A stretch of DNA of 64,000 bases from Reclinomonas americana ATCC 50394 (taxonomy: Eukaryota): the NCBI GenBank assembly GCA_048213135.1, contig PS015009.1, positions 682,001-746,000 on the forward strand. The letters run 5' to 3'. The stretch's first letter is position 1. Every line of letters starts with the position of its first letter. The notes below the pieces were generated by a model that saw only the letters and a list, made by a program, of their open reading frames with translations, had not been told where the DNA came from and made no database searches. Positions 21,351 through 30,109 of the stretch are shown here, one piece after another. Made by a program: the position numbers and the translations under genes.

Positions 21351-21770
21351 TTAAAAAGGTAAACGTTCGCCGCCGTCGTCTGCCGGTGGAATATCGCCCC
21401 CTATACTGTCGATTCCTTCACTGCCGGCGCCGCCTTCGTGGCGTTTATCCAGCATGATCAGGTTATCGCCCACAATTTCTGTAGCGAATTTTTTATTGCC
21501 TTCTTTATCTTCCCAGCTCCTGGTTTTGAGTCGTCCTTCGATATATACCAGGCTGCCTTTGTGCAGGTATTTCTGGGCCAGTTCGGCGAGCCCGCGCCAG
21601 AGTACTACGGTATGCCATTCTGTTTGCGATATCAGTTTACCACTCCTGTCCTTATAGGTTTCTGTTGTAGCCAGTGAAAATTTAGCCACACCAATATTGC
21701 CCTCCAGGAACTGCATATCCGGGTCTTTACCCAGGTTTCCGATTAACATCACCCTGTTTACGCCTCTCAT
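21351..21770 (-). CDS. ssb: Single-stranded DNA-binding protein
   Basis: VNRVMLIGNLGKDP, TEWH, acidic tail ending LPF. Confidence 0.97.
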   Translation of the reverse strand: MRGVNRVMLIGNLGKDPDMQFLEGNIGVAKFSLATTETYKDRSGKLISQTEWHTVVLWRGLAELAQKYLHKGSLVYIEGRLKTRSWEDKEGNKKFATEIVGDNLIMLDKRHEGGAGSEGIDSIGGDIPPADDGGERLPF

Positions 21771-21951
21771 AGATTTATGTTTATGTCAGTGTACCGTTGG
21801 TTCCCTGTGCCTTATAACAAATTTAAAGATACATTTTAATCTTGCAAAAGCCTAAGGGGGTTTTTAACGGGGATGCAGGATACAGGATACCGGATCGTTA
21901 AACCTGCTCATCTTCAAATCCGCACATTTGCATATTTGTACATCCGCACAT

Positions 21952-23007
21952 TTATCCCAACTGGTACATGTTGATCATACGCGGGAAAGGCAGGTGCCTG
22001 ATATCAGCCGGCGGTACTGGCTCCCAATCTTTTTTAACCACTGGTTTCAGTAACTTTACCCGGTAGAATCGCCCGTGAATGGTCTGGTGGGTAAGCTGCT
22101 GGCGGAAGTCTGCGGACACAGATACGGGTTGCGGTGTTTCTTTACCAAAAATGGAAAGGAAGCTGTCCGACCGCCACAGTTCTTCCTGCGACAATGCCGA
22201 TGGGCTTTCGATCAGTATGAACTCGTACAGGTTTTCCCAGATATCTTTTACCCCACGTTTCCGGACATAGCATTTCCCTTTGTATTCCGCCACGATGTAA
22301 TTGAACCAGCGTTCCCTCCTTTTGATCTTCTTTTCTTTTACCGGCAGTATATCAATCCTTTCGCTGTTGAAGGCTATGCAGTTGCGCCGCAAATAGCATT
22401 CGCTGCACAAAGGAGATTTAGGCTTGCATACCACCGCGCCAAAATCCATAATGGCCTGGTTGTAGCGGCCGGGCTGTTCTTTATCCAGCAGATGTGCCGC
22501 CAGCGTGCTGAACATTTTTTTTCCTTCGGTACTGTCTATCGGCGTATCCAGTCCGAAGATACGCGACAATACCCTGAACACATTGCCATCCACCACCGCA
22601 TGCGGCAGGTTAAAAGCAAAAGAAGCTATGGCTGCGGCTGTGTAGGGGCCAATGCCCGGCAACGCCAGTATTTCTTCATAATGATGCGGGAACCGGTCTT
22701 TATACTGATGATGCACCTGTTTTGCAGCAGCTAACAGGTTTTTGCAACGGGTGTAATATCCCAAACCTTCCCACAGTTTGAACACTTTTGTTTCCGGCGC
22801 TTTGGCCAGGTATGCCACCGTTGGAAAGTTCTCAATAAAGCGCTCATAATAAGCCCGGCCCTGCTCCACGCGGGTTTGCTGCAGTATGATCTCGCTCAGC
22901 CAGATGCGATAAGGATCCTTCTCACCTTTCCAGGGCATCTCCCTGAAGTTGGCCTCATCATTCCACAGCAGCAGCTGACGGATAAAGAATTTTTCCTGCC
23001 TGTTCAT
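21952..23007 (-). CDS. mutY: A/G-specific adenine glycosylase MutY
   Basis: WLSEIILQQT, WEGLGYY, LPGIGPYTA, VDGNV, Fe-S Cys cluster. Confidence 0.96.
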   Translation of the reverse strand: MNRQEKFFIRQLLLWNDEANFREMPWKGEKDPYRIWLSEIILQQTRVEQGRAYYERFIENFPTVAYLAKAPETKVFKLWEGLGYYTRCKNLLAAAKQVHHQYKDRFPHHYEEILALPGIGPYTAAAIASFAFNLPHAVVDGNVFRVLSRIFGLDTPIDSTEGKKMFSTLAAHLLDKEQPGRYNQAIMDFGAVVCKPKSPLCSECYLRRNCIAFNSERIDILPVKEKKIKRRERWFNYIVAEYKGKCYVRKRGVKDIWENLYEFILIESPSALSQEELWRSDSFLSIFGKETPQPVSVSADFRQQLTHQTIHGRFYRVKLLKPVVKKDWEPVPPADIRHLPFPRMINMYQLG

Positions 23008-23217
23008 CCCTTGTTATTCAGTTGTTTTATAATTATAGGTTTTTTGTACTATCTTCTAAAAAACATATTTTATTAATAATCAGTCGTTTATATTTTTTCT
23101 TTCTTCGTATTTTGGCGTTAAGTTTGTACAAACTAACTGATTATCACCAATTTACTTTGTAATTTCAAAAAAAATGTTGTAGATTTCAGTTAATAAATAT
23201 TCATAAAAACAACAACA

Positions 23218-23550
23218 ATGAGAAAAGCCGACCTCATCAATCAAATTTCCGACAAAACCGGCATTCCCAAGGTAGATGTTCTGGTAACGCTTGAAACTAT
23301 GTTCAAGGCGGTAAAGAGCTCATTGGCAGAAGGTGAGAACATCTACATCCGTGGTTTTGGCAGCTTCATCACCAAAAAAAGGGCCGCTAAAATCGGCCGT
23401 AATATTAAAAAAAATGTAGCTGTGGAAATCCCGGAACATTTTATTCCCGCTTTTAAGCCGGCCAAGGAATTCATGATGGAGATCAAATCCTCCAAAAACA
23501 TCAAGGAAGCGCCTCCTGTGGAAGAAGACGACAGCGACGACGAATCGTAA
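23218..23550 (+). CDS. HU/IHF family DNA-binding protein
   Basis: MRKADLI, IRGFGSF, GRNI, PAFKP. Confidence 0.93.
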   Translation: MRKADLINQISDKTGIPKVDVLVTLETMFKAVKSSLAEGENIYIRGFGSFITKKRAAKIGRNIKKNVAVEIPEHFIPAFKPAKEFMMEIKSSKNIKEAPPVEEDDSDDES

Positions 23551-23596
23551 CCACATAAGCGCTAAACGGCGTACCTTTGCTGCCTAAATTGAACAG

Positions 23597-24448
23597 GTGA
23601 AAAAACAACTCCTCTTCGCCGGCAGCGGCATACTCCTGCTTGCAGTACTTTTCTTCTTTGGCCGTACCTCGGCACCAAAAAAAGAAATGCAGCCAGGCCC
23701 TGCTGCAGCTTCCCAGGTACCGGCATTTGATATTGATAAATATATAGCCGAAGAAAAAACACATCTTACTCCTTCCCAGTCAGTTGCGTTGGGTAAAATC
23801 GAGAACAGCGTTACCCGTGGCGACCTGGTTACCCAGCAGATCGAACGTAACAACCAGTTGGCCGCCTTCTGGAAAGACAGCGGGCATGCCATCGAACCCT
23901 ATATCTTTTACTTATCCGAAGCCGCTAAGTTGGATAAGTCAGAAAAAAGTCTCACCTTTGCTGCCCAATTCGCATTAACCAGCGTCCGGATGGAACAGGA
24001 CGAGGCTAAATTGAACTGGAAAACAGCACAGGCGATCAGCCTGTTTGAAATGGCCCTGGCACAAAATCCAAACAACGACGACCTTAAAGTAGGACTCGGC
24101 AGTTGTTATGTGTACGGGAAAGGAAGATTCGGCGGACCGCAGGAGACCATGAAAGGTATACAACAGTTACTGGAAGTGGTGCGCCGCGATTCAACGAACA
24201 TGAAAGCCCAGCTGGTTTTGGGAGTGGGTGGCATGGTAAGCGGACAATACGATAAAGCGATTGACCGTTTAACCAAAGTGGCGAATGCCCAGCCCGATAA
24301 CCTGGAAGCTGCCGCTTACCTGGCCGATGCCTATGCCGCTTCCGGCAATAAGGAACAGGCCATCAAATGGTACCAGGTAAGTAAGAAACTGGCCAATGAT
24401 CCGCACTATACCAAAGAGGTAGACGAACGGATCCGCAACATGAGATAA
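23597..24448 (+). CDS. TPR-repeat membrane-anchored protein
   Basis: N-terminal TM segment and C-terminal TPR-like helices. Confidence 0.8.
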   Translation: MKKQLLFAGSGILLLAVLFFFGRTSAPKKEMQPGPAAASQVPAFDIDKYIAEEKTHLTPSQSVALGKIENSVTRGDLVTQQIERNNQLAAFWKDSGHAIEPYIFYLSEAAKLDKSEKSLTFAAQFALTSVRMEQDEAKLNWKTAQAISLFEMALAQNPNNDDLKVGLGSCYVYGKGRFGGPQETMKGIQQLLEVVRRDSTNMKAQLVLGVGGMVSGQYDKAIDRLTKVANAQPDNLEAAAYLADAYAASGNKEQAIKWYQVSKKLANDPHYTKEVDERIRNMR

Positions 24449-24535
24449 TTACTGATGCCGCACAATAAAGCTCACGCTCCGTGCCGGCAATTAGCAATGA
24501 ACTATAAACATTATTTAAAACAAAAAAGACTAGTT

Positions 24536-24625
24536 ATGCCTTGTGGTAAAAAGAGAAAACGTCATAAAATCGCCACTCACAAGCGTAAAAAACGTTTAAG
24601 AAAGAACCGTCATAAGAAGAAGTAA
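24536..24625 (+). CDS. Small basic protein, likely ribosomal protein bS22 (AURKAIP1/COX24-like)
   Basis: Manual translation MPCGKKRKRHKIATHKRKKRLRKNRHKKK*; below the ORF-track cutoff. Confidence 0.85.
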   Translation: MPCGKKRKRHKIATHKRKKRLRKNRHKKK

Positions 24626-24769
24626 TTCACTTTTTTTTATCGGCGCCGGTATCCCCTTCCGGCGCACATATACACCCGCATACATTACCGGCAATGCAAT
24701 ACGCCGTTAATGTATGCTGTTTATGTTTTCCTTCAGTGATGTCAATGGTCTGATCAAAAAGTTTATACC

Positions 24770-26320
24770 TTGACCAAAGAATTGATAATAAATGCTGCAC
24801 CCCAGGGCGTAGAGATTGCCCTGCTGGAAGATAAAAAACTGGTGGAGCTGCATACCGAAAAAGCCGATGCCAGCTTTGGCGTGGGCGACCTTTACCTCGG
24901 GAAAGTCAAAAAACTCATTCCGGGACTGAACGCCGCCTTTATTGAAGTGGGGTTTGAAAAAGATGCCTTCCTGCATTATACCGACCTCAGCCCCTACGTA
25001 CGCTCCATACTCAAGTTCACCAACGAAGCCATACACGACAAATCCGAGAACGGATTCGATTTCTCCAAATTCAAAGTGGAACCCGAGATCGTAAAAACGG
25101 GTAAGATCGCCGAAGTACTCAGCGGCCGCCCCAACGTGCTGGTACAGATACTTAAAGAACCCATCGCCGCCAAAGGCCCACGCCTCAGTTGCGAACTGTC
25201 GCTGCCCGGCCGCTTTGTGGTGGTTACTCCTTTTAATGATATCATCGCGGTATCGCGTAAGATCCACTCCGCCGACGAACGCAAACGCCTGCACAAGATC
25301 ATTGAGGCCATCAAACCCAAAAACCTCGGTGTTATCGTACGTACGGCTGCAGAAGGTAAGCACACTGCAGAACTTCATGAAGACCTGCTGAGCCTGGTGG
25401 ATACCTGGAAGACGATCCAGCACAACCTCAAAGGCGCCGTACCTCCTGCCAAGATCCTCAGCGAACAGGGCAAAACCACCAGCATCCTCCGCGACCTGCT
25501 GAACGAGGACTTCAACAAGATTGTGGTGAATGACAAGAACATTTTCAGCGACACCAAGAATTATATCCAGCGTATTGCGCCTGACAAGGCCGATATCGTT
25601 TCTTATTACAACAACGGTTCGCCTATTTTCGACAGCTTCGGCATTACCAAACAGGTGAAAGCCGCTTTTGGTAAGACCGTGAACCTGCCCAGTGGCGCCT
25701 ACCTCATTGTTGAGCATACCGAAGCACTGCACGTGATAGACGTGAACAGCGGCTACAAAAGCGTAAGCAACAACCAGGAACAGAACGCGCTGGAGACCAA
25801 CCTGGAAGCCGCTGAAGAGATCGCCCGCCAGTTGCGCCTGCGTGACCTGGGAGGTATCATTGTGGTGGATTTCATCGATATGAAGCTGGCCGAGAACAAG
25901 AAAAAGCTCGCCGACGCGGTGGAACAATACATGCGCCCCGACAGGGCCAAGCACGCGGTACTGCCCATCAGCAAATTCGGGCTGATGCAGATCACCCGTC
26001 AGCGCATGAAGCCGGAGATGACCATCAACACCACCGAAGTGTGCCCCAGTTGCAATGGTACCGGCAAAATATCGTCCACCCTCATCCTGGAAGATGAGAT
26101 CGAAAAGAACCTCAGTTATCTCATCATGCAGCGCCACAAAGGCCTTACGGTGGAGGTACACCCCATACTGCACGCCTATCTTACCAAAGGCTGGTGGTTA
26201 TCCAAGCTCGCCAAATGGCGGCGCAAGTACAAGCAGAAGATCAAAGTGGTGCCGAATACGAATTACCACCTTACCGAGTTCCACTTTTTTGATGATAGTG
26301 ATGAAGAGATCAAACTGTAA
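24770..26320 (+). CDS. rng: Ribonuclease E/G family
   Basis: S1 domain, IDVNSG, QLRLRDLGGIIVVDFIDM, CPSCNGTG. Confidence 0.95.
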   Translation: MTKELIINAAPQGVEIALLEDKKLVELHTEKADASFGVGDLYLGKVKKLIPGLNAAFIEVGFEKDAFLHYTDLSPYVRSILKFTNEAIHDKSENGFDFSKFKVEPEIVKTGKIAEVLSGRPNVLVQILKEPIAAKGPRLSCELSLPGRFVVVTPFNDIIAVSRKIHSADERKRLHKIIEAIKPKNLGVIVRTAAEGKHTAELHEDLLSLVDTWKTIQHNLKGAVPPAKILSEQGKTTSILRDLLNEDFNKIVVNDKNIFSDTKNYIQRIAPDKADIVSYYNNGSPIFDSFGITKQVKAAFGKTVNLPSGAYLIVEHTEALHVIDVNSGYKSVSNNQEQNALETNLEAAEEIARQLRLRDLGGIIVVDFIDMKLAENKKKLADAVEQYMRPDRAKHAVLPISKFGLMQITRQRMKPEMTINTTEVCPSCNGTGKISSTLILEDEIEKNLSYLIMQRHKGLTVEVHPILHAYLTKGWWLSKLAKWRRKYKQKIKVVPNTNYHLTEFHFFDDSDEEIKL

Positions 26321-26338
26321 ACCGCAGATACTATTTTG

Positions 26339-26375
26339 AAAGAGCCCTGGCAGAGATGCCGGGGCTCTTTGTTTT
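26339..26375 (+). terminator. Intrinsic terminator of rne/rng; left border of the island
   Basis: AAAGAGCCCTGGCA-GAGA-TGCCGGGGCTCTTT followed by GTTTT. Confidence 0.85.
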
Positions 26376-26440
26376 GCCGGGTTTTTACGGGAATAAAATG
26401 GGTGACTAAAACTTAGCTTGCCCGTACATTCCGGAAAATA

Positions 26441-27310
26441 ATGGAAAATACTGATGTAATAAAAGAGATGAGGAAAATGCTTGTTTTGAAAGGATACAGT
26501 TCAAACACCATTCAGACATACCTTAATGAAATGTCGCAGTTTCTGAAAATAATTAAGGAAGTTCCTGCCAGCAGTTTTTCTGCCGAAAGGATAAAGGATT
26601 ATCTGCAATTCTGCCTGGAGAAGCAGGGGTTAAGTGAAAATACACTTCACAGCCGGATAAATGCACTTAAGTTTTATTATGAACAGGTATTGGGCAGAGA
26701 AAGACTCTTTTGGCAGATACCGCGTCCCAAAAAACCTTTGCTTTTACCAAAATTGCTGAATGAAAAAGAGCTGGCCCGTTTATTCAATGCCCTTACAAAC
26801 AGGAAGCATAAAGCAATGCTTTTTACGGTGTATAGCGCCGGATTGCGTGTCAGTGAACTTGCAGAACTGAAGATCAGCGATATTGACAGTCAACGGATGC
26901 AGATACTGATACGAAAAGCGAAAGGGAAAAAAGACAGGTATGTTAATTTAAGTCCTGTGCTGCTGGATATACTCCGGTCGTACATAAGCGTGTATAAGCC
27001 CCGCCCCCGGTTATACCTGTTTGAATCGGATCAGACCAATACAGCTTATCCAACGAGAACTGTTCAACAAATATTTTCCAATGCCAGACAAAGAGCGGGA
27101 ATTATGAAAGATGTTGGTATCCATAGCCTGAGGCACAGTTTTGCCACCCATCTGCTGGATAAGGGTACAGATATCAGGTACATAAAAGACCTGCTGGGAC
27201 ATTTTGATATCAAGACTACTGAGCGCTATCTCCATGTTTCAAAAAGGCAACTGGTGAATATTACCAGTCCGCTGGATGATCTTATGAATAAAGAGAATCT
27301 TAAATGGTAA
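26441..27310 (+). CDS. Tyrosine recombinase, IntI-related but lacking the integron-integrase insertion
   Basis: Catalytic R (GLR), K (KGKKDR), HSLRH, LLGH, Y (TERY); N-terminal YSSNTIQTY and ALKFYYEQVL, RPKK..LP, C-terminal SPLD. Confidence 0.93.
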   Translation: MENTDVIKEMRKMLVLKGYSSNTIQTYLNEMSQFLKIIKEVPASSFSAERIKDYLQFCLEKQGLSENTLHSRINALKFYYEQVLGRERLFWQIPRPKKPLLLPKLLNEKELARLFNALTNRKHKAMLFTVYSAGLRVSELAELKISDIDSQRMQILIRKAKGKKDRYVNLSPVLLDILRSYISVYKPRPRLYLFESDQTNTAYPTRTVQQIFSNARQRAGIMKDVGIHSLRHSFATHLLDKGTDIRYIKDLLGHFDIKTTERYLHVSKRQLVNITSPLDDLMNKENLKW

Positions 27311-27340
27311 TATCATTGATGCTATAAACAATGCGGTACG

Positions 27341-27427
27341 TATAACACTAAATCAATGATTTTTAAGATGTTAATGTTATAAAATTTAAATTGTAATATC
27401 ATATATTTATGTGTTAAATGCCATTGC
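27341..27427 (+). other. Putative attI-like primary recombination site (crossover G27413|TT)
   Basis: GTTAAATGCCATTGC (27413) matches 13/15 the reverse complement of cassette-1 3' end GCAACGGCATATAAC; no 19-bp hairpin upstream; TATAACA/TGTTATA inverted repeat and AAATCA-A-TGATTT palindrome. Confidence 0.65.
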
Positions 27428-27983
27428 TATCAGACGTTTCAAATAGCGACACTTGTATATCATCGTTACAGTTCAGCATTTCTATTTTAGTTTCACCCTT
27501 ATAGCCACGCTTCATATAATAGACAGCACAAGGAAACCCAAATGGGAAACCAGCTTTGCTTGCAGGGAGTGTATGTATTGAAACAAAACCGCCATAATCA
27601 AAAATCAGATTTAAAGTTCCTAAACTCTTAAACATTTTTGCCACAGGAACAAGTAAAACTATGTTATCAGCCAAAGCAAAAGAGTGTTCTAAAAATCTAT
27701 TGTAATCGCTGTATGGCGGATTTGTTACAATCCAATCTACTTTATCATTATAATCATAGTAGTTTTTACCATCAACAATTTCACACCAGTCTGTATCTTT
27801 TGGCAAATGCTTTAAAAATGCACCCTCACCTTTGCAAGGCTCTAAAACCTTACCATCAATATCAAACATCCCACAAATTTGTTTTGCCAACCAATCAGGA
27901 GTAAAAACAACATCATTTGGGTTTATGTGTGCATACTTCCCAACAATATAAGGGTTATGCTTTTGTCCGTTAATGCTTCCCAT
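27414..27983 (-). CDS. Small amino (probably N6-adenine) DNA methyltransferase (cassette 1, inverted)
   Basis: FTP, VLEPCKGEGAF (motif I), IVTNPPY (motif IV). Confidence 0.85.
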   Translation of the reverse strand: MGSINGQKHNPYIVGKYAHINPNDVVFTPDWLAKQICGMFDIDGKVLEPCKGEGAFLKHLPKDTDWCEIVDGKNYYDYNDKVDWIVTNPPYSDYNRFLEHSFALADNIVLLVPVAKMFKSLGTLNLIFDYGGFVSIHTLPASKAGFPFGFPCAVYYMKRGYKGETKIEMLNCNDDIQVSLFETSDSNGI

Positions 27984-28012
27984 ATTTTTAATTTTGTTTA
28001 ACTAACCGCAAC

Positions 28013-28115
28013 GGCATATAACAGTGGGTTTTCTGCTATACGGGCTGACGGAACATTGCCCAGCTTTCTGTTTTCCAAATTCCCGTACAGCAGAAAGCCC
28101 TGTACGTTGTAGGCA
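28013..28115 (+). repeat. attC-like element E1 (short, 37-nt loop)
   Basis: GGCATATAAC-agt-GGGTTTTCTGCTATACGGG ... CCCGTACAGCAGAAAGCCC-tgtac-GTTGTAGGCA. Confidence 0.85.
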
Positions 28116-28137
28116 ACCTTTTCGACACACTCTAATT

Positions 28138-28605
28138 ATGCAAGTTTTTAAGACAGACAAGAAACTCTTTTGGGCTAACGAACTGAAAAGTTGGTTATGG
28201 ACATTTGCCTTTGCAGCTTTGCTATATTTTGGTTTAAAGTATTATTCCTCGTTGACTAACGACAATATTATTGTTGGCGTCGTTGTTCTTTTGCTTCTTA
28301 AACTTGCAGACACATTGACCCAATACCATGTAAGAGAAATTCAAATTGACGGACAGAGGAAACAAATGACCGTGATACTAAATAGTAGAATGTCTGGTGA
28401 GAAAATAAAAAGATATGAATTAGGGGAAGTGACATCAGAATTAAAAAACAATTCGGGCCTGACAAAATATTTGTCTTCTCCATTTACCCTTAAAATATTT
28501 TTGAAACCAAAAGATGTATTTGTAATAAGCAATAGATATGGCTTTACATTAGACGCATTAACTTCGGTTGACAAAATACTAAAATCATTGAAAGCTCAAG
28601 CATGA
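28138..28605 (+). CDS. Hypothetical 2-TM membrane protein (cassette 2)
   Basis: ATG 28138, two hydrophobic segments; bounded by E1 and E2. Confidence 0.75.
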   Translation: MQVFKTDKKLFWANELKSWLWTFAFAALLYFGLKYYSSLTNDNIIVGVVVLLLLKLADTLTQYHVREIQIDGQRKQMTVILNSRMSGEKIKRYELGEVTSELKNNSGLTKYLSSPFTLKIFLKPKDVFVISNRYGFTLDALTSVDKILKSLKAQA

Positions 28606-28616
28606 CACAATAAGGC

Positions 28617-28822
28617 TGCCTACAACATTGGTATTTGCAAAAGCTGGGCAGACGGAACCCGTGTTTCAACTTTTGTTTTTCAATTTCGCTTCATATCGGG
28701 CAGGACGTTAATAATTTAGCTTTGTGCAAATCATCAACATAAATTTATAAATTTAGATTCAGGTAGCCGAGCTGACGACTATCTATTCCCCAGCCTTCGC
28801 AAATACCTGCTCGTTAGGTGCA
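28617..28822 (+). repeat. attC-like element E2
   Basis: TGCCTACAAC-att-GGTATTTGCAAAAGCTGGG ... CCCAGCCTTCGCAAATACC-tgctc-GTTAGGTGCA. Confidence 0.88.
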
Positions 28823-28873
28823 AGTATAGCGACCACCCCAATAGACAACGACAGCTAAACGAAAGCAAGCCCA

Positions 28874-29467
28874 ATGGAAATAGACAAATCAAAACAACTC
28901 ATTACTACATCTATAAATAAAGACACCGTTTTACTTTTCGATATGGACGGAACTTTGGTTGACACAGATTTTGCAAATTTTTTATCGTATCAAAAAGCGA
29001 TAGAATTAGTAATCGGTCTTGACAAGGAAATTCAATACAATCCTAATGAAAGGTTCAATCGTACAACTTTAAAAACAGTCCTGCCAAATTTGACAGAAAC
29101 TGAGTATGAAAAAATAATCCAGCAAAAAGACAAAAACTACAAAGAGCATTTATCACAAACAAAATTGAATAAACCTGTAGCAGATATTTTGCTACAATAT
29201 TCCAATACAAATAAAACGGTTTTAGTTACAAACTGCCGACAAGACAGAGCATTAATGACATTAAATTATTACAATCTTACAGACAAATTCAGTAACTTAA
29301 TATTCCGACAGATTTCAGACAATGAAAGCCGAATGAATAAATACAAATACGCATTATCAAGTTTGAACCTATCAGCTCAAACAGTTGTAGTTTTTGAAAA
29401 TGAAAAACAAGAAATTGAAGATGCTAAACTTGCAGGTATTTCGATTAATAACATTTTAAGCCTTTAG
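28874..29467 (+). CDS. HAD-superfamily phosphatase (cassette 3, gene 1)
   Basis: LLFDMDGTLVDT motif I, LVTN motif II, VFEN...AKLAG motif IV. Confidence 0.9.
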   Translation: MEIDKSKQLITTSINKDTVLLFDMDGTLVDTDFANFLSYQKAIELVIGLDKEIQYNPNERFNRTTLKTVLPNLTETEYEKIIQQKDKNYKEHLSQTKLNKPVADILLQYSNTNKTVLVTNCRQDRALMTLNYYNLTDKFSNLIFRQISDNESRMNKYKYALSSLNLSAQTVVVFENEKQEIEDAKLAGISINNILSL

Positions 29468-29470
29468 AAT

Positions 29471-30097
29471 ATGACACCTTTCACAATAGTACAAAACAAT
29501 TACTTGACACAGAACATTCAGGGGTTTTATCATACTGATTTCGGTGGCGTAGACCTGCCTAACAATCCAAATTATCTTTATAAGTTAAAAAATGACCCAC
29601 ACCATAATTGGTCAGACTTTAGAATCCAAGAAGCACAACAGCAATTATTGAGAGTACTACTTATTGACCTTCCAGAAATAGTAAGGCAAATCAATGTAAG
29701 TCCTTTAACAGTTTGTGTTGTACCAAGGGCTAAAGCTGATAATACTTATCGTCCCAATCAATTACTATTCAAAGCAACTATTAGAAATGCTGTAAATCAG
29801 TTAGGTAATAGTTTTAGAGACGGAACAAACTTTATTGTACGTCATACAAATACAAAGACTACGCATCTTAGAAAGCCGATGGAAGGCTTTGTAAATGATG
29901 GTGCCGAGCCGTATCCTGGTGTCAGTACTGCTACCTGTAATTTTTCAAGAAATATTAATGGACAAAATATTCTATTGATTGACGATATTTATACAAGAAC
30001 TGTAAACATCGATGAAGATATGATTCAATCATTATTGAATAGTGGGGCAAATTCAGTTACTTTCTATGCAATTGGAAACACTGTTTACAATCACTAA
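29471..30097 (+). CDS. Type I phosphoribosyltransferase, ComF-like (cassette 3, gene 2)
   Basis: VCVVP; ILLIDDIYTR PRPP-binding loop; GANSVTFYAIG. Confidence 0.85.
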   Translation: MTPFTIVQNNYLTQNIQGFYHTDFGGVDLPNNPNYLYKLKNDPHHNWSDFRIQEAQQQLLRVLLIDLPEIVRQINVSPLTVCVVPRAKADNTYRPNQLLFKATIRNAVNQLGNSFRDGTNFIVRHTNTKTTHLRKPMEGFVNDGAEPYPGVSTATCNFSRNINGQNILLIDDIYTRTVNIDEDMIQSLLNSGANSVTFYAIGNTVYNH

Positions 30098-30109
30098 AAC
30101 AAAATTCAA

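Noticed and set aside
24707-26173. Long antisense ORF (488 aa) and similar shadow ORFs, e.g. 4583-5491 and 52028-52939
   Set aside because: They lie opposite well-supported genes and reflect codon bias; no recognisable motifs.
26441-27310. Housekeeping XerC/XerD or an invertase (shufflon)
   Set aside because: Termini look IntI-like, and all sites are in direct orientation, which implies excision rather than inversion.
28717-28724. TAGCTTTG in E2 as a conserved cassette promoter
   Set aside because: It matches TAnnTTTG only in E2, is not exact in the other elements, and has no properly spaced -33 box.
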